Origin: Candidatus Poseidoniaceae archaeon | GTDB taxonomy: Archaea > Thermoplasmatota > Poseidoniia > Poseidoniales > Poseidoniaceae | Direction of reading: 5' to 3' | Length of the DNA: 64,000 nt | NCBI GenBank assembly: GCA_049616955.1 | Contig: JBMZIJ010000007.1 | Coordinates: forward strand, 4,410 to 68,409 | Program-made: the position numbers and the translations under genes | Shown here: positions 12,700 to 21,605 of the stretch, in pieces | How positions within the stretch are numbered: position 1 is the first letter of the stretch | Layout of the letters: every line of letters starts with the position of its first letter | The notes under the pieces: generated by a model | The model's input: only the letters and a program-made list of their open reading frames with translations | Databases searched by the model: none | What the model was told of the DNA's origin: nothing

Positions 12700-13403
12700 G
12701 GCGGGCGCTGAAATCGAACGTTTCCAGGGAGTTTGACTTGCGATGGCTTACTGAATTTGTTCGGTCGAGCACTGTATGCCGCTGCAAAGAAGAGTCCCAA
12801 TCCAATTCCGAATGGAATGCCAGTTACCAACCGAAGAAATGCTGTTGACTCCCTCTCTGTCAAGAGTTGTGTGAAACCATCCACCGCCATCGGAACAACG
12901 CAGATGATTCCAATCGTTACAAACAACAGAGTTCTTCGGTTCTTCCTGTAGATGGGTTGCAACGTCTCATCGGGTAGAATCGACAAAAACGTGTCACGAA
13001 TCGTCCAACGATTCACACCACGACGAGAATATACGAATCCTCCAAGTGCCAGTCCGGCAAAGATGCCAATATCACGGACGCAAACAGGCATTTGATTTCC
13101 ATTGATAGACCACGACCGCTCGTGTTTGTTATGGCAATTGAGGTCGCCAAACGCATAGATTGCTGCGCTGTATGGATTGAGTTCCGTCCATGTGAAATTT
13201 TGATCGTTCTCTTTGTGATAGTCAAACATGTTTGCTCGACCAGAAAGTTCGACAATCGTGCCTGATTCGACAAATAATGGTGCGAGAAAGAAGGACGCTA
13301 GAAAGAAAAAACTGATTCCACCAATCCAAAGTCCAACCTTCTGGTCTCGAGTTCTAGACTCCAGCCCATTACGTTCCATGCTTATCGCTTTCAATTGCGT
13401 CAT
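12681..13403 (-). CDS. DUF2085-like integral membrane protein
   Basis: 240 aa with multiple TM helices. CHNKHERSWSINGNQMPVCVRDIGIFAG resembles the DUF2085 core (C-H-x-RSF...P-x-C-x-R-x-x-G-I). Confidence 0.5.
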   Translation of the reverse strand: MTQLKAISMERNGLESRTRDQKVGLWIGGISFFFLASFFLAPLFVESGTIVELSGRANMFDYHKENDQNFTWTELNPYSAAIYAFGDLNCHNKHERSWSINGNQMPVCVRDIGIFAGLALGGFVYSRRGVNRWTIRDTFLSILPDETLQPIYRKNRRTLLFVTIGIICVVPMAVDGFTQLLTERESTAFLRLVTGIPFGIGLGLFFAAAYSARPNKFSKPSQVKLPGNVRFQRPPQEEEE

Positions 13404-13437
13404 TTAATCATTGACATAGCGACGGATTCATTTTGTC

Positions 13438-14088
13438 ATGCTTCATCGGAGGCGTATGGGAGAACCCTCGACCGAACCAGTTGGGTTATGGCTTGGCATC
13501 CAAGCAGGTGCTTTTCTCGGCCTGTACTTCGGTTTCAGTCTTGCTCTTGTCTCTGCTTTGACCAGTCCGGAGGAATTGATGCGAATCGTCTATCTGATCA
13601 CCATATTCCCATTGGTCGGAGGGATTCTTTTGGGTCCGTTTCTGTCAAAACGTGAACGCCCGGTAGCGTCAGATATAGCTCCAATCCAAAGAACGATGTC
13701 TGCCCTTGAAGGGATGGATGAGGGACAAGGTAAGTGGCGAGTGCTCAGTCACGTCCGCAGTGATGGACGAACCGTTCGAATCGATCTTCATGATTCAAGT
13801 CGAGTCGAAGAGATTCTTACTCGAGCAACACCACTCACCGATGAATTTCCGGTTCGTTTTATGGTTGGCCGCGGCATTAGCAGCAGTCGTCAACCCGAAT
13901 TAAGGAGTAAAGTTCTCTCAATTCTCGATCAGCAATTTCCAAAGACGAGGCAATCAAGATACACATCCGCCATAGAAATTGCACCAGAGTTGCCTGAACG
14001 TCTCCGCAATCAACGCAAAAAAGTCAACATGCTTCTCGCCATTTTCTTACCCATCGCAACCTTCCTTGGATGGTTGGAAATGAGGTAA
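13438..14088 (+). CDS. Membrane protein with a possible Smr-like domain
   Basis: 216 aa. Two N-terminal TM helices and one C-terminal TM helix. The central segment VRIDLHDSSRVEEILTRA...VRFMVGRGISSSRQPELRSKVLSILD resembles the Smr pattern (LDLHG...A...II.GKG.HS...L...V). This is a weak call from memory. Confidence 0.35.
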   Translation: MLHRRRMGEPSTEPVGLWLGIQAGAFLGLYFGFSLALVSALTSPEELMRIVYLITIFPLVGGILLGPFLSKRERPVASDIAPIQRTMSALEGMDEGQGKWRVLSHVRSDGRTVRIDLHDSSRVEEILTRATPLTDEFPVRFMVGRGISSSRQPELRSKVLSILDQQFPKTRQSRYTSAIEIAPELPERLRNQRKKVNMLLAIFLPIATFLGWLEMR

Positions 14089-14133
14089 TCAATAGGTAGA
14101 TTCACTTATTTTGAAGAACATGGAGTCCGGTAT

Positions 14134-15003
14134 ATGCGGGAGGTCTCTTTCTTTTGGAAAATTGACCGCCTCGACGCTATCGGGCTCGAATCGATTTTGG
14201 ATGTTGCAAAGCGAATTGAATTCTTGTCCTACATCAAGCGTGTCCCCAAAGATATACGATGTCTGTTCAAATTTCACCTCCATGAAGGACAGGGCATTGA
14301 TGATCTGCAAAGTATCGAATCGTTGGAAATTCTCGAAGTCGTCCAAGAAGCGGAAAACCCTGACGAGGGGCATCTCGTGATTTGTCGAGTGATTCACCCA
14401 CTCCCTATTCTCAATGCTAGAACCAACGGCACATATGCCGTTGCTGGCTCCAAATTGGACGATGAGGGTCTCACATACATCTTGCAAGGGTCATCCATGA
14501 AATTACGTCTCTTATCCGGTGTTTTGCGCTTGATGGCCAAACCCGATCGAACAAGTGCAAGAACACTCAAACTTACGCCGCAGAATCGAGATACGGTTTT
14601 GACAGAAAAACAACTCAAACTTGCAAAGTTTGCTTACGACCGAGGCTACTATGATTTGCCCAAGCGTATCAAGATCACGGAACTTGCTGAACAACTCGGT
14701 CTAGCAAGGGCGACGATTTCTGAACACCTTACGAAAATCGAAGGAATTCTCATGGACGATATGTTCTCATCTATGACGGATGTTCGACTTAGTGTAGAAC
14801 AGGCTCGAACCATTGTCGAAATGATGGAAGCAGATATGGATCAATCTGAGGAATATCAGACCGAATCGTTTACTGGACTTGTGAAACGAATCAAAGACAG
14901 CATCGCTGATGAGTTGCCCGCTGATGTCGAAAACATACCTGAACTTGACGTGAGTGAACATCCTGAAGAAATTCTCAAGCGCATCCAAGATGACATCTCT
15001 TAA
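14134..15003 (+). CDS. HTH_10 (bacterio-opsin-activator-type) DNA-binding transcriptional regulator
   Basis: 289 aa. LTEKQLKLAKFAYDRGYYDLPKRIKITELAEQLGLARATISEHLTKIE is the canonical HTH_10 block. Acidic C-terminal tail. Confidence 0.75.
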   Translation: MREVSFFWKIDRLDAIGLESILDVAKRIEFLSYIKRVPKDIRCLFKFHLHEGQGIDDLQSIESLEILEVVQEAENPDEGHLVICRVIHPLPILNARTNGTYAVAGSKLDDEGLTYILQGSSMKLRLLSGVLRLMAKPDRTSARTLKLTPQNRDTVLTEKQLKLAKFAYDRGYYDLPKRIKITELAEQLGLARATISEHLTKIEGILMDDMFSSMTDVRLSVEQARTIVEMMEADMDQSEEYQTESFTGLVKRIKDSIADELPADVENIPELDVSEHPEEILKRIQDDIS

Positions 15004-15018
15004 TTCGCTCATGTTTTT

Positions 15019-15987
15019 ATGAGTCAATGTTGTGAGATTCTCATGGAGGAGATGAGACAACTTCTTGACCGGATTTCTGATTCCGGAATCGAAGTGCCTC
15101 AACCTGTCAGAGAGGCCATGTGTGAACTCCATCTTGAACAATTTACAACATACGATTTTGATGGTTTCTTCCACGACCGTCCAGTTGTCTTCATGGAAAC
15201 CGAAAATGGAGGTGTTAAAACAATCTCAGCACCTCATATGATTGTTACACTCCTTCACCACCTCGAGTTAATGCCTGGTCAGGAAGTGCTTCTCGTCGGC
15301 TCAAAAGGTGGGTATCTGGCAGCCCTCGTCGCAACCATTGTTGGAGAGGAAGGAAGGGTCATCGTCATCGACCCCTCAGAAGAAATTGTCAGACACACAG
15401 CAAATGCATTGGCGGGATGGCCGACAATAGACCTTCGTCATGTCGAATCCATTGACGTTGCTCCTATCGAATTGCCGGGTGAACTCAGTCGAGTTTTGAT
15501 TACAGGCAGTGTCCCAGTTGTTCCTTCTTGGATGGAAGAGCGTATTGTTGAAGGTGGGTTTGTCATAGCACCAATCGGAGATCATCATTCACAAGAATTG
15601 ATGAAAAACGAACGCCAGTTTGATGTGTTGCATCCTACGTCACTCGGACCTGTTTCCTTCGGCCCAGTCGATATTGTGGAAAGTGAGCCTCAGCCGCTGA
15701 CTGCGTTGGAAATCGCCGATTTGATTGAAACGTTGATTGAAACATGTCACGAAATGGAACTCTGTGAAGCTGAAGAACTCCAACGGCTTGGAGTCATCGC
15801 TGATGAGTTGCGAACGATGATGGATGCTGAAGAAGGTGATTTGGAAGCATTCATCACGGCTCATATGCAAGATTTTGTTCAACTCTGGCCAATGATTCAA
15901 CTCATGTTTGCCCCAACCCTAGCACGTCCTGGTGATGTGAATCAAGACGATGACTCAGGCTTTTTCTTTGATGAATTCAAACCATGA
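15019..15987 (+). CDS. Protein-L-isoaspartate O-methyltransferase-like protein with an acidic C-terminal extension
   Basis: 322 aa. TISAPHMIVTLLHHLELMPGQEVLLVGSKGGYLAALVA...GRVIVID...VLITGSVPVVP...GGFVIAPIG follows the PIMT scaffold. SAM motif I reads VGSKGGY instead of IGTGSGY. The ~120 aa C-terminal extension is Asp/Glu rich. Confidence 0.6.
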   Translation: MSQCCEILMEEMRQLLDRISDSGIEVPQPVREAMCELHLEQFTTYDFDGFFHDRPVVFMETENGGVKTISAPHMIVTLLHHLELMPGQEVLLVGSKGGYLAALVATIVGEEGRVIVIDPSEEIVRHTANALAGWPTIDLRHVESIDVAPIELPGELSRVLITGSVPVVPSWMEERIVEGGFVIAPIGDHHSQELMKNERQFDVLHPTSLGPVSFGPVDIVESEPQPLTALEIADLIETLIETCHEMELCEAEELQRLGVIADELRTMMDAEEGDLEAFITAHMQDFVQLWPMIQLMFAPTLARPGDVNQDDDSGFFFDEFKP

Positions 15988-15996
15988 GGTCGAACC

Positions 15997-16989
15997 ATGG
16001 TCGCAAACATTCAATCCGCCATTGCTAAACTCAAACACAAAGATGTTCGGCAACGCCGAAGAGCTGTTCGGATTCTCTTCGATGCAGATGCGTACGAGAG
16101 TGTTGAAGCGTTTTCTCCACTCCTCGAAGACAAGGACATTTGGTTTCGTAACAAAGCCATTGAAGCATACCGCCGATGGGCGCCGAAGCATGCACCTCAC
16201 CTTCTCGAACAACTCGCTCAAGGCGGCCAACTCGATGGGCTGCGATGTGTTGCTAACGTCCTTGAATCGATTCAGGATAGTACGCAAGCCGCAAGACTTT
16301 CTCGGCTCCTGTTGGATTGCGACGATGATGTAATCGTTCGACGAGCTGTTCATCAACTGATTTCAAGCAACGAGGCATCAGAATCTGAATTGAACGCATT
16401 CCAACGTTCACACGATCACGCCGTGCGAATGTACGCAACAGAAGTGAGTAATGACGTGGGTGAACTCCTCACATCTCTGAACGATTCGCATCCAGATGTT
16501 CGCCGGCAAGCAGCATCTTCGCTCTTCCGAATCGAATTGGATTCCGAACAGAACGATGCACTACAGTATGCCATCGAAAACGATGACGCATTATGGAAAC
16601 TCGCCATCCCTATTGCCCTTGAGCGCCACTTACCAAATCTTGTTGAATTGATGAGAGCGAAAAGAAATACGCAACGTAAATTTCTCGTTGAAGCCTTGAA
16701 AGATGCCGTTGATGAGGCGGACGATTCTCGATTGCGAACCCTCATTGACGGTGATTGTACATCAATTGTCGCCCGATGGCTTGTCGGCCGGAACGATGTC
16801 AAAAGCGATGCTTTGAGGGCGGAGATGTTGTTCCTTGAACACGTTGACAGTATCGATAAGTCGAGATTGCTTGAGCGTTTGCTCCACCGACAACACGAAC
16901 CTGAAATTCAGGAACTCGCCTCAAAATTGATTTCTGAATCAACCGATGAACTTGTCCTGAGTGCAGCACAGAACCTATACACTGCATAG
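15997..16989 (+). CDS. HEAT-repeat protein
   Basis: 330 aa, all-helical. Repeated D..VR..A...L units (KDVRQRRRAVRILFD, DKDIWFRNKAIEAY, DVIVRRAVHQLI, DHAVRMYATEV, HPDVRRQAASSLF). Confidence 0.5.
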   Translation: MVANIQSAIAKLKHKDVRQRRRAVRILFDADAYESVEAFSPLLEDKDIWFRNKAIEAYRRWAPKHAPHLLEQLAQGGQLDGLRCVANVLESIQDSTQAARLSRLLLDCDDDVIVRRAVHQLISSNEASESELNAFQRSHDHAVRMYATEVSNDVGELLTSLNDSHPDVRRQAASSLFRIELDSEQNDALQYAIENDDALWKLAIPIALERHLPNLVELMRAKRNTQRKFLVEALKDAVDEADDSRLRTLIDGDCTSIVARWLVGRNDVKSDALRAEMLFLEHVDSIDKSRLLERLLHRQHEPEIQELASKLISESTDELVLSAAQNLYTA

Positions 16990-17004
16990 AACAACATTCC
17001 CCAC

Positions 17005-18846
17005 ATGAAGAGTTCGAACGTGGTTTTCCGTGTGGATGCGACCGATGCTGGTGACCAGCGTTTGTTTGTTGAAATTGAAGTGAGTGCCCCTTTCACATCC
17101 TCTGCCCTGAAACTCTCTTTCCCACGATGGGTGCCAGGATCCTATTTTCTACGCGAACCAATTCAACACGTTTCACATTTGGAAGCCTTCGATGAGAAAG
17201 GCAATTCGCTCAAAGTTGTGCGACGAAATGTTGACTCAATTGTCATTCGAGATCTCGCTTCCGTATCGAAAGTACGGATATGTTACAAACTTCTTTGCGT
17301 TGAGAACACGGTTCGATCAAACCATTTGGATGAATCCCATTTGCACATGATGCCACCGTTCACATGGTTTCTTCCCACGTCTGGAATCGAGGCATCACGA
17401 ATGGATTCAACCCATACCGTTGAATTCATTTTACCATCGAACTGGAATGTTTCGACCCAACTGAAGCATCAACAAACAACATCCCATGGCTCATCAAAAC
17501 GTCACTCCTTCACAGCAGAACACAGAGACGCATTGCTTGACGGAATTGCTGAATGCAATGCAAACGAAATCCACCGATTCAACGTTGGAGGACGTGACCA
17601 CTCACTGCACTATTGGGATGCTGGCGGAAATTCTCCAAACCAAATCATGCTGGAGCGATTCATTCAGGACATGAAGAACATCATTTCCGAACACCATGCC
17701 TTGTTTGGTCCACTCGATGAGCCATACCATACCATTCTCCATTTGACCGATGGTGGTCGCGGAGGTCTTGAACATACAAATTCGCAGACCTCAATGGTAC
17801 CAAGAACGTCACTCCAACCGGGTCATGTTGAAGACTATCGTGACCTTGTTAGCCTGTTCAGTCATGAATATGTCCATCAGTGGAACGTCAAACGACTCCG
17901 GCCTAAACGATTCATTGATTACGATCTGCAACGAGAGGTCAATACGGATTTGTTGTGGTGGTTTGAAGGAGCAACCTCATGGATTGGAGACATTATGTGC
18001 CTACGTTCTGGCGCCTGGAGCCCCGACGACTACTTTGCTGATATGAAACGTAAACTCAAGCGACATCATACTCGAAGCGGTTCATCGTGTCAAGCGCTCT
18101 GTGAAGCGAGTCATGAAGCATGGATTCACCTCTATAGAAGCCATGCTTACTCAAGAGAAACGCAAATCTCATACTATCTCGAAGGTGAATTAACGATGTT
18201 TGCACTCGATGCAGAACTTCGAAAGCGATCGAAAGGAGAGTACGGTGTTTGCGATTTGATGAAAGTGTTGTATGAAAAACACAACATTTACGTTGAGGAT
18301 ACGTCATTGAGAGGCGTCCAGTACAACGATATCCGCAAGGCACTCACGTCGCTCTCGGGCGGTCGTCGCCTCGGTTCATTCCTCGATGACATCACAAAAG
18401 AAGCAGGGAATCTTGACCTCGCCAGAGCATTCTCTCTTTTTGGATTGGATTACAAACCATCGGATGAACCGAAACGAAAAGAAGGGACTGAAACCGTGGT
18501 GTGGGAACAATTTTCCCAAGGATGGCTCGGCGTTCACGTTCGTTCACAAGGAAACAAACTCAAAGTCACCAGTCATATGCAAGATTCTCCAGTTCGTGAA
18601 CAATTGCAAGTTGGAGATGAGATCGTTGCCGTCGATGGCGTTCGAGTTGTCAATGCGGAGCAACTCAAGTCAAATCTCAAAGGCAAGGTAGGAACCACTG
18701 TTCGAGTGATGTTTGCTCGAAATTCAGTGATGCACGAGGGGTTGCTTAACGTCTCGTTAGAGCCGAATTATCCAACCGTTTCTACGAGCGACGGTAATCG
18801 TTTATGGAAAATTACGATTCAATCTCGTCAGGCTGACTCGGCGTAA
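17005..18846 (+). CDS. M61-family (glycyl aminopeptidase-type) metallopeptidase with a C-terminal PDZ domain
   Basis: 613 aa. LFSHEYVHQWNVKRLRP (the M61 HExxH-WNVKR block), WFEGATSWIG, and a PDZ-like C-terminus (LQVGDEIVAVDGVRV). Confidence 0.8.
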   Translation: MKSSNVVFRVDATDAGDQRLFVEIEVSAPFTSSALKLSFPRWVPGSYFLREPIQHVSHLEAFDEKGNSLKVVRRNVDSIVIRDLASVSKVRICYKLLCVENTVRSNHLDESHLHMMPPFTWFLPTSGIEASRMDSTHTVEFILPSNWNVSTQLKHQQTTSHGSSKRHSFTAEHRDALLDGIAECNANEIHRFNVGGRDHSLHYWDAGGNSPNQIMLERFIQDMKNIISEHHALFGPLDEPYHTILHLTDGGRGGLEHTNSQTSMVPRTSLQPGHVEDYRDLVSLFSHEYVHQWNVKRLRPKRFIDYDLQREVNTDLLWWFEGATSWIGDIMCLRSGAWSPDDYFADMKRKLKRHHTRSGSSCQALCEASHEAWIHLYRSHAYSRETQISYYLEGELTMFALDAELRKRSKGEYGVCDLMKVLYEKHNIYVEDTSLRGVQYNDIRKALTSLSGGRRLGSFLDDITKEAGNLDLARAFSLFGLDYKPSDEPKRKEGTETVVWEQFSQGWLGVHVRSQGNKLKVTSHMQDSPVREQLQVGDEIVAVDGVRVVNAEQLKSNLKGKVGTTVRVMFARNSVMHEGLLNVSLEPNYPTVSTSDGNRLWKITIQSRQADSA

Positions 18847-19258
18847 GCAGGGACAATCGCTTCAAAGAAACGTGAATCGGCGGAAGATGGTCTGAAATTC
18901 GGTGACGTGTCGTTTTCGGAGGATACAGGTTTGGTGAAAGTGCCATATTAATGACGTCTTGTTTTGAAATTGATTCAAGTTTGGAAGCAGGCCAAAGTTC
19001 CAATTCCACCGACTCATCTTCCAGATAATCGATGCATACGACAGGGATTCGAGCAAGTTCTAGGCGTTGAGCAACAGCATAACGGTGGTGTCCATCAAGA
19101 ATGGTTCCCGTCGCCTTGTCTGCAATGAGAGGTTTTGTGAAACCATCCCATTTCAAGGTCATTTCAAGGAGCTTTTCCATGTTCTTTGGTTTGATTTCTT
19201 CATGCGCTTTGAGCCACTCGACGGGGACAAGCCGCACATCATCTTCACTCCAAGACAT
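18812..19258 (-). CDS. ParB/sulfiredoxin-fold (ParB N-terminal-like) domain protein
   Basis: The track ORF extends to 19405, but that would overlap the divergent gene. The internal ATG at 19258 gives MSWSEDDVRLVPVEWLKAHEEI...ILDGHHRYAVAQRLELARIPVVCIDY, the ParB-N/Srx DGHHR-type motif. Confidence 0.5.
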   Translation of the reverse strand: MSWSEDDVRLVPVEWLKAHEEIKPKNMEKLLEMTLKWDGFTKPLIADKATGTILDGHHRYAVAQRLELARIPVVCIDYLEDESVELELWPASKLESISKQDVINMALSPNLYPPKTTRHRISDHLPPIHVSLKRLSLLTPSQPDEIES

Positions 19259-19290
19259 ACTTTGACCAAAAGAATCTACAGGATAATGCT

Positions 19291-20640
19291 TTGTCTTGTA
19301 TGAACACGCAAGGATGGATGTCAGACATGGAACCAGCACGCGGAATGGAGGAGTTGCCCCTTTCTCCATCTCTCTCTGCAATGGTTCAACATCTACCTCG
19401 ATCATTGACAGAAGTCATCGCTTGGTTCCGAGAAAACGACGCCCATGTGTGGATTGTTGGCGGAGCCCTGCGTAACACAATGTTGGGCACCAGAGTCGTC
19501 GAATTTGATCTTGCGACGACCATGACTCCAAACGAAATGAAATCGTATCCAGATACGCTTCCGACGGGTGAACGTTACGGCACCATCACCTTTCGGAACA
19601 ACGGCGACACCTACGAGGTGACAACACTTCGAACTGAATCTGGATACAACGATGGACGCAGACCAGATGAGGTTGAATGGGGAGATTCATTGCTCGTCGA
19701 TCTTTCTCGGCGGGATTTAACCATGAATGCAATGGCATTGGATCCCATCAAGCAAGCATTTTACGACCCATTCGATGGATGTGGTGATTTGAAGAATGGA
19801 CGTCTTCGTTCTGTTGGAGAAGCAACAAAACGGCTCTCTGAGGATGCCTTGCGTATTTTGCGCACCTATCGATTCATGGATCAAGGCCCTGCTGGCATTT
19901 GGTTGCCTGATCAACAACTGGCGGACGCCTTGCGAAAAACACGACCTATGCTCGACAGAATTGCATCCGAGCGAATTTGGTCTGAATTCAAACGAATCTT
20001 GCTCGGCCAACATGCCTCTGAGATCGTTCAACGCATGGCAGATGATGGTATTTTGAAACAAATTTCAAACCTGGATTGGATGCAAGATGACCTTCGGATC
20101 AAACTCCTTAATGAAATTGAAAGCGACGATGTTCTTGACCGATTGGTTGTGTTGCTACGAGATTTCAACGCCGAGGATTGTGAAATGTTGTCGGCAAAAC
20201 TTCGATTGAGTGGTCGAGAAAAGAAGAACCTCTTGTTCCGTCATTCGAAACAAGGGCACCTACCAGAAAACATGGACTCGTCAATGCGAGTTTATGCTGT
20301 GGCGATGGGGTCTTGGAGCCAACAGCATTTGAAAATCGAGCAATTGTTTGCTCGATTTGATTCTCTGCCCGGTTTTACCGAGGAGGATGTACAGCAACGA
20401 ATTGATCGATTGTCAAGTCTTAAGATTGATTTCAACGTTGAGCCTTTGGCTTCTGGTGAGTTTATTATGCAACGAACCGGAATCCAACAAGGACCAAAAC
20501 TCGGAGCGTTGAAAACTTGGCTTTTCTATGAACAAGTCGCTCGCCATCTTCAGACGCTTGAGGAGATGGACAGGCTGTTGTGTACACTTTCTTGGCAAAC
20601 TGAGGATACAACGCGTTGGCCAAAACTTCAATTCCCCTAA
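19291..20640 (+). CDS. cca: Class II tRNA nucleotidyltransferase / poly(A) polymerase family protein (bacterial/eukaryal-type CCA-adding enzyme)
   Basis: 449 aa. VWIVGGALRNTMLG..VVEFDLATT (GGxVRD-type head motif with DxD), RRDLTMNAMA, and the EDALRILRTYRF neck/body motif. The start is uncertain: several in-frame Met lie between 19291 and 19345. Confidence 0.75.
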   Translation: MSCMNTQGWMSDMEPARGMEELPLSPSLSAMVQHLPRSLTEVIAWFRENDAHVWIVGGALRNTMLGTRVVEFDLATTMTPNEMKSYPDTLPTGERYGTITFRNNGDTYEVTTLRTESGYNDGRRPDEVEWGDSLLVDLSRRDLTMNAMALDPIKQAFYDPFDGCGDLKNGRLRSVGEATKRLSEDALRILRTYRFMDQGPAGIWLPDQQLADALRKTRPMLDRIASERIWSEFKRILLGQHASEIVQRMADDGILKQISNLDWMQDDLRIKLLNEIESDDVLDRLVVLLRDFNAEDCEMLSAKLRLSGREKKNLLFRHSKQGHLPENMDSSMRVYAVAMGSWSQQHLKIEQLFARFDSLPGFTEEDVQQRIDRLSSLKIDFNVEPLASGEFIMQRTGIQQGPKLGALKTWLFYEQVARHLQTLEEMDRLLCTLSWQTEDTTRWPKLQFP

Positions 20641-20663
20641 CTTGATAGTCCAACCACACGCAA

Positions 20664-21605
20664 GTGGTTTTAGGACGTGAATCGATGTCTGTCAAGCAAG
20701 CACTCCAAGCAAAAATGGAACAACACATCAAAGAAATGGTCGCTACAAATCCAATGATTGGTCAGTTGAACACACAGTTCACAAGTTGGCTCCTTGGTTC
20801 GGGCTTGACAGGTGCAGAAATTATCCAAATGATTGATTCAAACATGGATGCGATCATTCAACCGGTTGAACTTTCTGATGCACTTGAAAAAACAACCGGA
20901 ACTCAGCCTCCTGGTTGGGTCATCAACGGTTTAATGTCCGTTCTCGACATGGACAAAGATGGTAATGTAACCGTTGCAGATCTTCACACCTATTTCGAAG
21001 CCATTGGCTTGCCAAGCGGTATTGAAGAAGAACCTGAGCCCGAAGAAGATGAATTTGAAGAGCTCAATCAAGAACTCGAAGAAGAAGCAAGGAGGCAAGC
21101 GGAAGAACTCATTCGTCAGCAAGAAGCAGAGAAGCAACGCCTGTTGGAGGAAGAACGGGCAAGAGAAGCCGCGGAACGAGAAGCACAAGAGAAAGCGGAG
21201 AGAGAGGCGCAGGAAGCGCAACAGAAGCCAGAGCCAATCCTTCTCGAGGAAGATGGGACACCTATCGGCCATGTGCGATTTATCGAGATTCTTCAGGGAA
21301 TGAAACTTCGCAGTGAACGCCAACAAGCCATTGCTCAATCACCAACACAATCTTGTCAAATTCAAATTTCATCGATTGAAAAAACGCTCATCGGTCAAGG
21401 TTCATTGAAAAATGGTATGACCATTATCGGAACGTTGTCAGAAAACAGTGACATCGAAGTGGAACTTCGTCTCCCCTCTGAAGCCAACGAAGACGTGATG
21501 TTGTTTCAATCAAAACACACGATTGAGGCTGAGGCTCAAATCTGTGATTGGAACGTTGGACGCAGTCGGCCAGTCTTCATCGCTTCGAACTTCGAATACC
21601 TATAG
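20664..21605 (+). CDS. Hypothetical protein with an EF-hand-like Ca-binding loop and a Glu-rich coiled coil
   Basis: 313 aa. DMDKDGNVTVADL fits the 12-residue EF-hand loop (DxDxDG...D/E). Followed by EEEPEPEEDEFEELNQELEEEARRQAEELIRQQEAEKQRLLEEERAREAAEREAQEKAEREAQE. The C-terminal ~110 aa are unrecognised. Confidence 0.45.
   Translation: MVLGRESMSVKQALQAKMEQHIKEMVATNPMIGQLNTQFTSWLLGSGLTGAEIIQMIDSNMDAIIQPVELSDALEKTTGTQPPGWVINGLMSVLDMDKDGNVTVADLHTYFEAIGLPSGIEEEPEPEEDEFEELNQELEEEARRQAEELIRQQEAEKQRLLEEERAREAAEREAQEKAEREAQEAQQKPEPILLEEDGTPIGHVRFIEILQGMKLRSERQQAIAQSPTQSCQIQISSIEKTLIGQGSLKNGMTIIGTLSENSDIEVELRLPSEANEDVMLFQSKHTIEAEAQICDWNVGRSRPVFIASNFEYL

Noticed and set aside
14089-14487. 132 aa minus-strand ORF
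   Set aside because: It overlaps the N-terminal domain of the HTH_10 regulator gene on the opposite strand. It has no motifs, and the plus-strand gene is the coherent one.
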